This document shows, one piece after another, positions 1 through 9,463 of a DNA stretch of 64,000 nt. Made by a program: the position numbers and the translations under genes. The DNA is from an uncultured Spirochaetota bacterium (lineage in GTDB: Bacteria > Spirochaetota > Spirochaetia > SZUA-6 > Fen-1364): positions 256,001 to 320,000 of the forward strand of contig CAWAHW010000007.1 in assembly GCA_963781885.1 (NCBI GenBank), written 5' to 3'. Within the stretch, counting starts at the first letter, position 1. Every line of letters begins with the position of its first letter. The notes beneath the pieces are model-generated. The model did not search any database, was not told where the DNA came from, and was given only the letters and a program-made list of their open reading frames with translations.

Positions 1-2
1 CG

Positions 3-131
3 CTCATCCAGGAGCTCCAGGCGGACGGCACCGCGATGATCGGCGTCTTCCACGACACGGCGCTCCTCTCCCGGCTCTCCGACGCGGTGATCGAGATGGC
101 GCCCCTGCGCGACGTGGAGGCGGCGTCGTGA
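3..131 (+). CDS. phnL: C-P lyase system ATPase PhnL, C-terminal fragment (truncated by window start)
   Basis: Frame 3 reads LIQELQADGTAMIGVFHDTALLSRLSDAVIEM..., matching the PhnL 'IVGIFHD' C-terminus. Its TGA overlaps the phnM GTG start (GTGA). Confidence 0.8.
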   Translation, partial: LIQELQADGTAMIGVFHDTALLSRLSDAVIEMAPLRDVEAAS

Positions 132-1357
132 AGGACACCGTCATCACGAACGTGCGCATCGTCACCCCCGGCGTCGTGATCGACCATGGCACCCTGACGG
201 CGCGCGACGGGCGCATCGTGTCGATAACCCGCGGCGCGGCCTCGTTGGACCGCGACGCCGCGGACGGCCGCGGCAGGCTGCTCCTGCCGGGTTTCATCGA
301 CCTGCACAACGACGGCATCGAGCAGGAGCTGGAGCCGCGACCGCGCGCCCTGTTCCCTCTGTCGGTGGCCCTGCCCGCGTTGGAGTCCCGGCTCGTGAGC
401 CACGGCATCACGACCATCTTCCACTCCTTCTCCTTCATGGACGGCCGGGAGGGAAGCCTCGAGTCCGAGCGCCTCGAGCCGACGATACGCGAGCTCAACA
501 GGCTGCGCCGCACGGGCGTGATCCGTCACCTCGTGCACGCCCGTTACGAGATGGTCGAGTTTCAGCACTTCGAGCGGCTCCGCCGGCTGATCGACGACCG
601 GCAGGTGGGGCTGGTGTCCTTCATGGATCACACCCCGGGGCAGGGGCAGTATCGGAACGTGGAGCACCTCGTGAGCTACTACGCGCGGAAATACAACTCC
701 ACACGGGCGGAGGTGGACGCGCTGATCGAGGAAAGAAACAGGAAGGCCCTCAATCCCGCGGTCGGGGCGACACTGGAGAAGCTCGCGGCGCACGTCCGCG
801 CGGCGGGCCTTCCCCTTGCGTCGCACGATGACGATACCCCCGAAAAGGTCGCCCGCATGCGCGCGCTGGGTGTCGGCATCTGTGAGTTTCCGGTGGACCC
901 GGCAGCCGCGCTCGCCGCCGCGCGCGGGGGGCTGCACGTCGCGGTGGGCGCCCCGAATGTCCTGCGGGGAAAATCGACCACGGGCAACCTGAGCGCGCTG
1001 GAGGCCATTGCGAGCAACGCGGCGGACATCCTCTGCTCCGACTACTACACCCCCGCGCTCCTGCACGCGGTGTTCCGTCTCGTGCGGGACCGGGTGCTTC
1101 TCTTGCCCGATGCCGTGCGGATGGTGAGCGTGCATCCGGCGCGCGCCGCGGGCCTGGACGCGGAGCTCGGCGCCCTGGAGGTCGGCAAGCGCGCCGACAT
1201 GGTCCTCGTGAACGACAGCGAGGTCCCGGCCGTGGTCGGCGCCTGGGTGGGCGGGCAGCGCGTCTATGAGAAGCGCGACGGCACGCTGGATGTCACGGGC
1301 GAACGGTGGGCGGAGGAAGCGGCGCCGAAGACGAGGGAGACGGCCCGTGCTGTATGA
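128..1357 (+). CDS. phnM: alpha-D-ribose 1-methylphosphonate 5-triphosphate diphosphatase
   Basis: Amidohydrolase motifs PGFIDLHND, SFMDHTPGQGQY, ASHDDDT, CEFP, GAPNVLRGKS and LCSDY. Confidence 0.93.
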   Translation: MKDTVITNVRIVTPGVVIDHGTLTARDGRIVSITRGAASLDRDAADGRGRLLLPGFIDLHNDGIEQELEPRPRALFPLSVALPALESRLVSHGITTIFHSFSFMDGREGSLESERLEPTIRELNRLRRTGVIRHLVHARYEMVEFQHFERLRRLIDDRQVGLVSFMDHTPGQGQYRNVEHLVSYYARKYNSTRAEVDALIEERNRKALNPAVGATLEKLAAHVRAAGLPLASHDDDTPEKVARMRALGVGICEFPVDPAAALAAARGGLHVAVGAPNVLRGKSTTGNLSALEAIASNAADILCSDYYTPALLHAVFRLVRDRVLLLPDAVRMVSVHPARAAGLDAELGALEVGKRADMVLVNDSEVPAVVGAWVGGQRVYEKRDGTLDVTGERWAEEAAPKTRETARAV

Positions 1358-2033
1358 GATCGACATGAAGCCGCGCGGCCGCGGCGCCGCCCCGGGCGCC
1401 CGGCTTTCCGAAAAGCCTTTCATCCATGACGGCGCCATGGTGGAGGCAAGCCGTCTGGGCTCCTGGACGGAAATCGGGCGGAACAGTCACGTCGTGGAAT
1501 CGACCATCGGCGACTACACCTACGACGATGGCGATGCCTCCATTTTTTACGCGCAGATCGGGAAGTTCTGCTCCATCGCGAACAGGGTGCGCATCAATCC
1601 CGGCAACCATCCATCGGACCGGGTCGCCCAGCATCACATGACCTATCGACGGGTCAAGTTCGGACTGGATACCCATGATGATGAGGGGTTTTTCACCTGG
1701 CGCCGCGCGCACCCCTGCATCATCGGACACGACGTGTGGATCGGGCACGCGGCGGTCGTGATGCCGGGCGTGAAGATCGGCACGGGCGCCATCGTCGGCT
1801 CGGCGGCGGTGGTCACGCACGACGTGGAGCCGTACACGGTCGTGGTCGGCGTGCCGGCCCGGCCCCTGCGCGCGCGCTTCAGCGGCGAGGTGATCGCGAA
1901 GCTGCTGGAAAGCAGGTGGTGGGACTGGAGCCGCGAGGAGCTTGTCGCCAACTGGCGCGACCTGTGCGACCTGGACGCTTTCCTGGCGAGGTATGCGGCG
2001 CCCGCGGCCCGCGCGCGCGCGACGGCACCGTGA
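1347..2033 (+). CDS. phosphonate-metabolism hexapeptide-repeat acetyltransferase (CAT/Vat-like)
   Basis: IGKFCSIA, NPGNHP and IGHDVWIGH hexapeptide repeats. GTG start at 1347 follows a GAGGGA SD and overlaps the phnM stop. Confidence 0.85.
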   Translation: MLYEIDMKPRGRGAAPGARLSEKPFIHDGAMVEASRLGSWTEIGRNSHVVESTIGDYTYDDGDASIFYAQIGKFCSIANRVRINPGNHPSDRVAQHHMTYRRVKFGLDTHDDEGFFTWRRAHPCIIGHDVWIGHAAVVMPGVKIGTGAIVGSAAVVTHDVEPYTVVVGVPARPLRARFSGEVIAKLLESRWWDWSREELVANWRDLCDLDAFLARYAAPAARARATAP

Positions 2034-2839
2034 ATCCCCATCTCCTTGCAACGGCCACCGTGGCGGCGCGCGCCGCGGGCGACATCATCGCGCGCAGCAG
2101 CGGCCGCGCCCTTCACGTGGATGATGCACCGGCGCACGACCTGAAGCTCGCTCTGGACCGCCTCTGCGAAGCGGAGATACTGCGCGTGATCCGCGCCGCC
2201 TTCCCCGACCACGCGATCCTTTCAGAGGAGACGGGATACATACCGGGCCGCGCCTCATTCCTCTGGATCGTCGACCCCCTGGACGGCACGGTGAACTTCT
2301 ACCACGGCATACCGTTCTTCTGTACCAGCATTGCCTGCTACGCGCTGCGGGAAGAGGCGACGGGGCACCGGTTCCCGGACGGCCGGACCCTTGGAGACCC
2401 GTTGGTCGGCGTGGTCTACAATCCGCTGCGGGAGGAGATGTTCGTCGGCGCGGCAGGCGAGGGGGCATCGCTGAATCACGTGCCGCTTGCCGCGCCGACG
2501 GCGTCACGTCTGGACCAGGCGGTCGTCGCACTTTCCTTTGGCGCGCGCGAAGAGAGCATCGCCTGCATGAGCCGGCTTCTTCCCGACCTTGTGCGGTCGA
2601 CGCGGAAGATACGGAGCTTCGGGAGCACCGCGCTGGACATTGTGCAGGTCGCGGCGGGACGCGTCGGGGCTTTCGTCCAGATGGGCACGAATCTCTGGGA
2701 TTTCGCCGCGGCCGCCGTGGTGGCCCGGGAGGCGGGCGCGGTGGTCGACGCGCAGGAATACCGACGCGGCCGGTGGAAGATCGTCGCCAGCGCCGCGGGC
2801 ATCTACGATGCGATCAGGGCGAAGGTGGGGCATGAGTGA
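2030..2839 (+). CDS. inositol monophosphatase (FIG superfamily) protein
   Basis: Motifs ILSEE, WIVDPLDGTVNF, RSFGSTALD and WDFAAA. GTGA overlap with the upstream gene. Confidence 0.88.
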   Translation: MNPHLLATATVAARAAGDIIARSSGRALHVDDAPAHDLKLALDRLCEAEILRVIRAAFPDHAILSEETGYIPGRASFLWIVDPLDGTVNFYHGIPFFCTSIACYALREEATGHRFPDGRTLGDPLVGVVYNPLREEMFVGAAGEGASLNHVPLAAPTASRLDQAVVALSFGAREESIACMSRLLPDLVRSTRKIRSFGSTALDIVQVAAGRVGAFVQMGTNLWDFAAAAVVAREAGAVVDAQEYRRGRWKIVASAAGIYDAIRAKVGHE

Positions 2840-3392
2840 GGCCGTCCGTTTCATCATCATCACGACGCCGCCTGCCGAAACGTCGCGGGAGATTGACGTC
2901 GTACGCCGCCTGGTCTGCCAGATCGGCAGGTCGCAGGCCGCGCTTGCCTATCCTCCGCACGTGACGCTCCGAACCGGCGCGCGCGTGCCGCCCGAGCTCA
3001 TCCCGACATTCCTCGATGCATTCGGCGCGGCGGTCGGCGCGTGGGAGCCCTTTCCCATCCGCACCGCCGGCATCTGGCAGACAACCTATTTGGACGGGGA
3101 AAGGGAAAAATTCCTCGTTGGCTACAGGGTGGAGAAGAGCCCCGCGCTCGCGGCATTGAACGAAAGGCTCCTGCGGGTATCGACATGGCGCGCAAGCAAC
3201 AGGCTGCACTTCGAGCCGCACCTCACCCTTGCATATGACGACCTGGACCTCGACGGCTACCGATCCATCGAAAGCTGGCGGGAGCAGAGCCCCCGCGGCC
3301 TGCCGGAAGGTTTCACGTGGACCTGCGACAACGTGGGTCTGTTCTATCTCGATGAGGAAGACTGGACGCCGTACAAGGTGTGGCGCGTCTGA
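2832..3392 (+). CDS. 2H phosphoesterase (2'-5' RNA ligase/LigT-like fold)
   Basis: Two HxT motifs, PPHVTLR and EPHLTLAY. The start overlaps the IMPase stop. Confidence 0.82.
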   Translation: MSEAVRFIIITTPPAETSREIDVVRRLVCQIGRSQAALAYPPHVTLRTGARVPPELIPTFLDAFGAAVGAWEPFPIRTAGIWQTTYLDGEREKFLVGYRVEKSPALAALNERLLRVSTWRASNRLHFEPHLTLAYDDLDLDGYRSIESWREQSPRGLPEGFTWTCDNVGLFYLDEEDWTPYKVWRV

Positions 3393-3422
3393 GCTGGCCG
3401 CGGGAGGCGCCGCCCGCCGCGC

Positions 3423-4241
3423 CTAGATGGCGACGTGTCGCGTCTTCTTGAGCCGGGTCGCGCCGATTTCGAGCGCAATGGCCACGAGCAGGATGAGCCA
3501 CGTGATGTACCCCACCTCGCCGATGTTGAAGTAGAAGCCCGATGCCATGAAGAGATCGAAGCCGATGCCCCCGGCGCCCGCGGCGGCGCCCATGGCGACG
3601 GCGTTCGTGAAATTGATCTCGAAGCGCATGAATGTCCACGAAATCACCGACCCCATGGACGACGGGATGACGGCGCGCGTGACGATCACGAGCCACCCGG
3701 CACCGGTCGCTTTCAACGCCTCGATGACACCCGTGTCGATCTCCTCGAATGCTTCGGAATACGCTTTCACGAGGTACGCGAAGGAATGGAATGTCATGCC
3801 GACGACCGCGGCCACGCTTCCCAGGCCTGCGCCGATGGCGAAGATCAGCACCCAGAGCACCGTCGGCACGGCACGGATGAACGCGACGAAGCCCTTCAGG
3901 ACATTGACGACCGCGCGGGGGCTCAGGTTCTTGGCCGCAAATGGACCGACGATCAGGGCCAGGATGGCGCCGAGGAGCGTCGTGAGAAAGCCGAGACTGA
4001 GCGTCAGCAGGATCGCCTTCAACGCCTCCAGGAAACTGAAATGCTGCGCGGAAGGCCGGGTCATCATGCCCCCCAGGTCGTGAAAGAGCTTGAGGGAAGC
4101 CTTGCCGACGTCGAGATGCTTCGTGTCGAGGAGAAAGAATCCCGCGACCGTGACGCCCGCGAGGAGGAGCAGGGTCGCGTTCAGCGCAACGGTGGAGGCG
4201 GTCCTCCGGCGGACGGGCAGATGCCGCGTTGGCTCTTTCAC
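3423..4241 (-). CDS. phnE: phosphonate ABC transporter permease
   Basis: Motifs IRAVP, EAFEEID..IEALKATGA, RFEINF and GAGGIG. GTG start overlaps the stop of the upstream permease. Confidence 0.9.
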   Translation of the reverse strand: MKEPTRHLPVRRRTASTVALNATLLLLAGVTVAGFFLLDTKHLDVGKASLKLFHDLGGMMTRPSAQHFSFLEALKAILLTLSLGFLTTLLGAILALIVGPFAAKNLSPRAVVNVLKGFVAFIRAVPTVLWVLIFAIGAGLGSVAAVVGMTFHSFAYLVKAYSEAFEEIDTGVIEALKATGAGWLVIVTRAVIPSSMGSVISWTFMRFEINFTNAVAMGAAAGAGGIGFDLFMASGFYFNIGEVGYITWLILLVAIALEIGATRLKKTRHVAI

Positions 4242-5038
4242 AGGATGACTCGACGCAGGGCGTTGGACACCGTCTCGATGACGATGACGACAATCACCAC
4301 ACCGATGACGACCAGGGCGGCAGAGGGATAGTTCATGCTCTTGTAGTACACGTCGAAAAGGAAGCCGATGCCCGTTCCCGTGAGGATGCCGACCAGGGTC
4401 GCGTCCCGGATATTCGTCTCCACCATGTAGAGCATCCAGCTTGCGATCTGCGGCATGATGGAGGGAAAGACGGCCTGGGTCACGGTCTGCAGCCAGGAGG
4501 CGCCGGACGCGCGCAGGGCCTCCACCGAGCTGTCGGCGGTTTCCTCGATCACCTCGGTATAGGCGCGCGTGAGATAGCCCACCGTGCCGATGAAAAGCGC
4601 GAGGAGACCGGTGAGGACGTTCTGACCGAATGAGAGAAGGAAGATCATCGCCCACGCCACCACGGGTATGTTCCGGCAGACGGAGGCGATGAGCCGGACG
4701 AGCAGCGTCACCGTCGCGTGGGGGCGCGTCGTGCGGGAGGCGAGGATCGCCAGGGCCAGCGCGGCGGCCGCGCCCAGCACGCTCGCCATGACCGAGACGA
4801 GTATCGTCTCACCGAGCTTCATCACGATGTTCGGCAGCGCCCGCAGGGCGCGCGCGTTGGGGATGAAGTTGACGGCGAGCCATTCGATCGCCTTGGGGAA
4901 GGAACGCAGACAGTCGCGGAAGCTGAAATCCGTGAGAAGGGAGGAGCCCGCCGTCAGCGCGCCGATGACAAGAAGCCCTCCCAGGAACGCGAGGTTGCGG
5001 CGGAGGAGCACCTTGCGCACGGCAAGGGCGGATGTCAT
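4238..5038 (-). CDS. phnE: phosphonate ABC transporter permease
   Basis: Motifs RNIP, VEALRASGA and ETNIRDATLVG..GTGIG. ATGA overlap with phnC. Confidence 0.9.
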   Translation of the reverse strand: MTSALAVRKVLLRRNLAFLGGLLVIGALTAGSSLLTDFSFRDCLRSFPKAIEWLAVNFIPNARALRALPNIVMKLGETILVSVMASVLGAAAALALAILASRTTRPHATVTLLVRLIASVCRNIPVVAWAMIFLLSFGQNVLTGLLALFIGTVGYLTRAYTEVIEETADSSVEALRASGASWLQTVTQAVFPSIMPQIASWMLYMVETNIRDATLVGILTGTGIGFLFDVYYKSMNYPSAALVVIGVVIVVIVIETVSNALRRVIL

Positions 5039-5808
5039 CCCGCCTGCTCCTCGAACAGGATGTCGTCCGCCTCCGATCCGTAGATCTCCGCGACGACCTT
5101 CTTTTTCAGCTTGTGCGCCTCGTCGTCGTAGCAGATCCTGCCTTCGCGGATGCCGATGATGCGGTCGGAATACCGGATGGCGACGTCGACCTGGTGCAGG
5201 TTCATGAGGATCGTGATGTTCATCTCGCGGCAGATGTGGTGGAGCTTGTCCATGATCTTCTTCGCGGAGCTGGGGTCGAGCGACGCGATGGGCTCGTCGC
5301 AGAGGATCACCCGTGGCTCCTGCACGAGCGCCCGCGCGATGCCGACCCGCTGCTTCTGCCCGCCGGAGAGCTGGTCGCACCGCTTGTGCATCTGGTCGGC
5401 AAGCCCGAGCCGGTCCAGCACGTCGTAGGCGCTTTCCTTCTCCGCCGCCGTGTAGAGGCCGAAGACGCCCGCAAGCGTCGACTTGTACCCCAGCCGGCCG
5501 TGCAGCACGTTTTCAAAGACCGTCTGCCGCGGCACGAGGTTGAAGTGCTGGAAGATCATGCCGATGCGCGTCCGAAGGCGCCGCAGCTCCGTCCGCTTCA
5601 GCGCCAGGACGTCCATGCCGTCGAAATCGATGTGTCCCGCGCTCGCCTCCACCATCCGGTTCACGCAGCGCAGGAGGGTGGACTTTCCCGCTCCCGACCT
5701 GCCGATGATGGTGACGAACTCGCCGGCTCTCACTTTCAGGCTGACGTCGGAGAGCGCGGCGACGTCCTTGTAGTTCTTCGTCAGGTGCTTGATTTCCAGG
5801 ATGGCCAT
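5035..5808 (-). CDS. phnC: phosphonate ABC transporter ATP-binding protein
   Basis: Motifs GRSGAGKS, LSGGQKQRV, DEPIASLDP and NLHQV. Confidence 0.93.
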   Translation of the reverse strand: MAILEIKHLTKNYKDVAALSDVSLKVRAGEFVTIIGRSGAGKSTLLRCVNRMVEASAGHIDFDGMDVLALKRTELRRLRTRIGMIFQHFNLVPRQTVFENVLHGRLGYKSTLAGVFGLYTAAEKESAYDVLDRLGLADQMHKRCDQLSGGQKQRVGIARALVQEPRVILCDEPIASLDPSSAKKIMDKLHHICREMNITILMNLHQVDVAIRYSDRIIGIREGRICYDDEAHKLKKKVVAEIYGSEADDILFEEQAG

Positions 5809-5830
5809 GGGGATCGCTCCTTGAACAAAG

Positions 5831-5853
5831 GCCCCGGGGCGCGCCCGGGGCCG
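5831..5853 (-). terminator. GC-rich stem-loop between phnD and phnC (mRNA stabiliser or attenuator)
   Basis: ggccccggg-gcgcg-cccggggcc inverted repeat just downstream of the phnD stop. Confidence 0.5.
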
Positions 5854-5877
5854 GGTCGAACGGGGAATATTCGCTTC

Positions 5878-6909
5878 TTACTGCATCAGGGCGCGGATGT
5901 CGCTGTACCAGACGCCATCCACGGCGACGAAGTGTTCCTTGTCCGTCTTCGCCCAGAGTCCCTTGTAGGGGTTGCCGCTCTCGTCCTTGTAATCCTTGGG
6001 CGTGAATATCTTCGGGTTGTTCGAGGTGGAATCCGCCGTGAAAGCGGCGCGGAGGGCCTTGAACATTGCCGGGTCGACCAGATCGGTGTTGACGATGATC
6101 GGGGCCTGGCGGACCGTCGATGCGGAGATGACGGTGAAGGAGGCGCCGGGGACGGTGTCAAACGGTGCGTCGGCGCCCTGCTTCACCTTGTACACCGCGC
6201 CGGGGGTGTTCACCTTGCCGGAGACGAGGTTGAAGTAGCTGCTCACGTCGGTGTCATCCACGGCGCAAACGTCTGCCTTGTTCGAGAGGACGTTGAAGAT
6301 GGAGCCCTGGTGCGACTGGCCGAAGAGAACCTGGCCGAAGAACTGGTCGGGTCCGCCCTGGAGGAAGAGGTCTTCCACCTTCTGGTCGGTCCAGCCCATC
6401 TGCTTGGCGAAATAGGATTTGATCACGTTCGCCGGAATGACGAAGCCCGATGTCGAGCTGGAGGACACGAACGACATCGTCTTGCCCTTGATATTGTCCA
6501 GCGCGTAGGCGTTGCCCTTCATGTACTGGGGCGCGTCCGCGGTCCTGACCGCGATGCGGCTGTAATAGACCGAGTCGGCAAGGGTGCCCTTGGCGCTGGA
6601 GATGGTGACAAGCGGCACGACCTTGGGGTTCTTCTGGGCTGCCTGGATGTAGCCGACGGCGCCCGGGTAGCAGATGGCCGCATTGCCCGTCGCGATGGCC
6701 TCGATGGCGATCACATAGTCGGTCGTGAGCTTGTCGATGACCTGCCGACCCGTTGCCTTGGCGATCAGGTCGTCCAGCGAGCCGCGGGCTGCCTTCCAGT
6801 CCTCACCCGAATTGTTCGGGTACCAGACCACCACGAGGGGTTTGTCCGCGGCGGCGATCGCTCCGACCGCGATCAGCCCTGCCGCGAGGACGAGCAGAAG
6901 CTTCTTCAT
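5878..6909 (-). CDS. phnD: phosphate/phosphite/phosphonate ABC substrate-binding protein
   Basis: Signal peptide, YYSRIAV, the SSSSTSGF anion-binding motif and the SH motif. First gene of the phnDCEE operon. Confidence 0.88.
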   Translation of the reverse strand: MKKLLLVLAAGLIAVGAIAAADKPLVVVWYPNNSGEDWKAARGSLDDLIAKATGRQVIDKLTTDYVIAIEAIATGNAAICYPGAVGYIQAAQKNPKVVPLVTISSAKGTLADSVYYSRIAVRTADAPQYMKGNAYALDNIKGKTMSFVSSSSTSGFVIPANVIKSYFAKQMGWTDQKVEDLFLQGGPDQFFGQVLFGQSHQGSIFNVLSNKADVCAVDDTDVSSYFNLVSGKVNTPGAVYKVKQGADAPFDTVPGASFTVISASTVRQAPIIVNTDLVDPAMFKALRAAFTADSTSNNPKIFTPKDYKDESGNPYKGLWAKTDKEHFVAVDGVWYSDIRALMQ

Positions 6910-6960
6910 GATTTATCCTCCTTGACGCGAACGCCGTGTCGGCGTCCACGTTCGCGGAGG

Positions 6961-7014
6961 ACTGTAGGAGCGCGCCGTTAGGAAAGAATGAGCGTTCTGT
7001 TAGGAGAGAGTGAA
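6961..7014 (-). promoter_or_regulatory. Pho-box-like array plus -10 element upstream of phnD
   Basis: Minus strand has TTCAC/CTAAC/CTCAT/CTAAC at an exact 11-bp period (+ strand starts 7010, 6999, 6988, 6977), followed by TACAGT (-10). Confidence 0.7.
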
Positions 7015-7094
7015 TTTTCGCCCGAACAGCGGTTGGGCGTGACGGCGCCCGGTGCGGCGGCGGACAGGGCGAGCGGGGGCGAAGCCGGTGACTG

Positions 7095-9276
7095 CTACAG
7101 CGCGCACCCCACGGCATACCCTGCCTTGACCGCCTCGAAGATCCGTCCGACGTGGAAGGCATCCCCGATGCAGTGGATCCCCGGGGCCACGCCGCCACTC
7201 ACGCAGACGTCATACAGGGACATGTCGGGCGCAAGCCCTGTCGCCAGTACAACGGCATCCGCCTCCAGCCGCTCCTCCACCATCTCCTCGCGTAGCGCGC
7301 GGCCCAGCGGGTTGGGGACGCTCTCCGGCAGGAGCGGCGTCCACGTGCAGAAGGGGTCAGGCACGGTCTTTGATGCGTTGCGTGAGATGACGACCTCGGG
7401 GACAAGGATTTCGGTGACCCGCGTGCAATTCAGGAGCTGCACCTTCGCCTGCTCCAGCACGTGAATGAGGTGACCGCGATTCGCCGTGCACACCCCTTTC
7501 ATGAATGCGGGCAGCATCTCGATGACCGTGACCTCCTTGCCCAGCTCCACGGCGAGGAAGTGGGCGCATTCGCATCCGGTCGGTCCGCCGCCGATCACGA
7601 GCACGCGGCGCGCCGCGTCGAGCAGCGCGGGATTTTCCAGGAGATCGGTCGCGCGGATCACGCCTGATGAATCCACTCCCTTGACGGGAAGGGCCGTTTG
7701 CCGCGCCCCGGTGCAGATGACGACCTCATCGTAGCGTCCCTGCTTCAGCGTTTCAACGTTCGGCGCCGCGCCGAGCTGCACGTGAAGGGAGCCGGCCCCC
7801 TGCGCCTCCTGCACGCGGTGCTGGAGATGGGAAAGATAGTTCGCCACCTCGTACTTGATGCGCGGCCGCGAACCCGGCACGAGCATGCCGCCGATGCGCG
7901 CGCGCTTCTCGAAGAGAGTGACGGTGTGACCCCGGCGCGCGGCCGTGAGGGCGCACTGGAGGCCCGCCGGTCCGGCGCCGACGACGGCGATGTGCCGGGC
8001 CACGGCCGCGCGCCCCGGGTCCTCCGGCAGCGAGTCTTCGAAACCGGTGCGCGGGTTGACGGCGCACTGGATGTGGCCGCCTTCCACGATCTCGTTCAGG
8101 CATCCTTCCTGGTCGCCGATGCACGGCGTGATGTCCATGAGCCTTCCCGTCCGTGCCTTGTTCGGCCACTCAGGGTCGGCCAGCAAGGGACGGGAAAGCA
8201 TCACCATGTCGCACGCCCCGTCGCGAAGGGCCTGCTCGGCAAGGTCCGGGTATCCAAGCTTGCCGACCGCCACGATGGGAATGGGCACGCCCGCGTTCGA
8301 CACGATCCCGCGCTCCGCGAAATGTCTTTTGACGGCCTGCGCAACCGGCAGGAAGCACCCTGACGGTGCCGACAGGGGCGGATGAGGCAGCCACCAGTTG
8401 TCGTACCCGCCGAGGTCGACGTCGAAAATGTCCACGCCTGCTTTTACGAGATTCTCCATGTAGGCGAGCGTCATCACGACGGTCCGCTCGCGCCGGAACT
8501 TCCGGAGCGTTTTCACGCTATCCATCCGCTTGCCGTAGGTTTCCGCCAGCGCGAGCGACAGGTCGATGCGGTACATCAACGGGTACTGCGGCCCGACCCT
8601 TTTCCGAATCTCTTTCGTCATCTCCACGCCGAAGGCCTGCCAGTCCGCGAAGTGCCCCCACCGTCTCCTGTTGAACGCGGGGTTTGCCATTTGCTCGAGC
8701 AGGTAGCCCTCGTGCCCGTGGAGGTAGACGCCATCGATACCCAGGGACATCGCGTTTGCCGCGGCTTGACCGGTTGCGCGGATCAGGGCGCGGCACTGGC
8801 GGTCGGTGAGCCGCCGGGCAGGGGATCTGGGGAATGTAGTAGTTGCGATTCCACGATGCCGACACCGGCAGCGCGTGCTTCGACATGAGGCATTCGGGAG
8901 AGCCGACCCTGCCCATGCCCGCGGTGAGCTGGATGAAAAAGCACGCGCCGTGGGCGTGGACCGCGGTGGCAATGTCGCGCCAGCCGCTGAAGACGCTGCG
9001 CGAGCCTTCGACCCGGGGGAAATAGCTCTTGCCTCCGGGCTCCGTGACGGTGGGATCGATGCGATGATCGACCGGTATGAGGCCGGAGGTGATCAGGCCC
9101 GCGCCGCCGCGCGCCCTCTCGGCAAAATACTCGATCATCTTGGGCGAAGGCCGCCCCGTCTCCTCCGCCATGCCGAAGTTCCCCATGGGACCCATGCAGA
9201 TGCGGTTCTTTATCGACAGGTGATTCACCCGCACGGGGGAGAACAGCGATGCGTAGGGGTACAGACTTTTCGTCAT
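7095..9276 (-). CDS. NADH:flavin oxidoreductase, 2-enoate-reductase/OYE family with Fe-S and FAD domains (apparent frameshift near 8817)
   Basis: N-part has KNRICMGPM and ERARGGAGLI. C-part has YLHGHEGYLLEQ, CIGDQEGC..CAVN and two GxGxxG motifs. Removing one G from GGG 8816-8818 joins the frames (IPQIPCRRLTDRQ). Confidence 0.85.
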
Positions 9277-9463
9277 GCGGCCGCCGGCGGGCGCGTCCGG
9301 GCCGCGCGGCCAGGAATCGATGCGGGCGATGACATCGCGAATGGGGGCGTTATGGTTGTCGGGCATGCCAGGAATCCTATCGCCGGGAAAGCGCTCGTGC
9401 AAGCGAAAGCGGGCCTCCAATACTTGACGGCGGCCGCGGCGCGCGTGATGATGCGGTCACATC

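Noticed and set aside
1347-2033. Chloramphenicol/streptogramin resistance acetyltransferase
   Set aside because: Its position inside the phn operon fits the phosphonate-associated hexapeptide family better.
5032-6981. Long antisense or alternative-frame ORFs (e.g. 649 aa at 5032-6981, 552 aa at 58354-60012, 472 aa at 42534-43952)
   Set aside because: These are shadow ORFs typical of high-GC DNA; they lie opposite well-supported genes and show no motifs.
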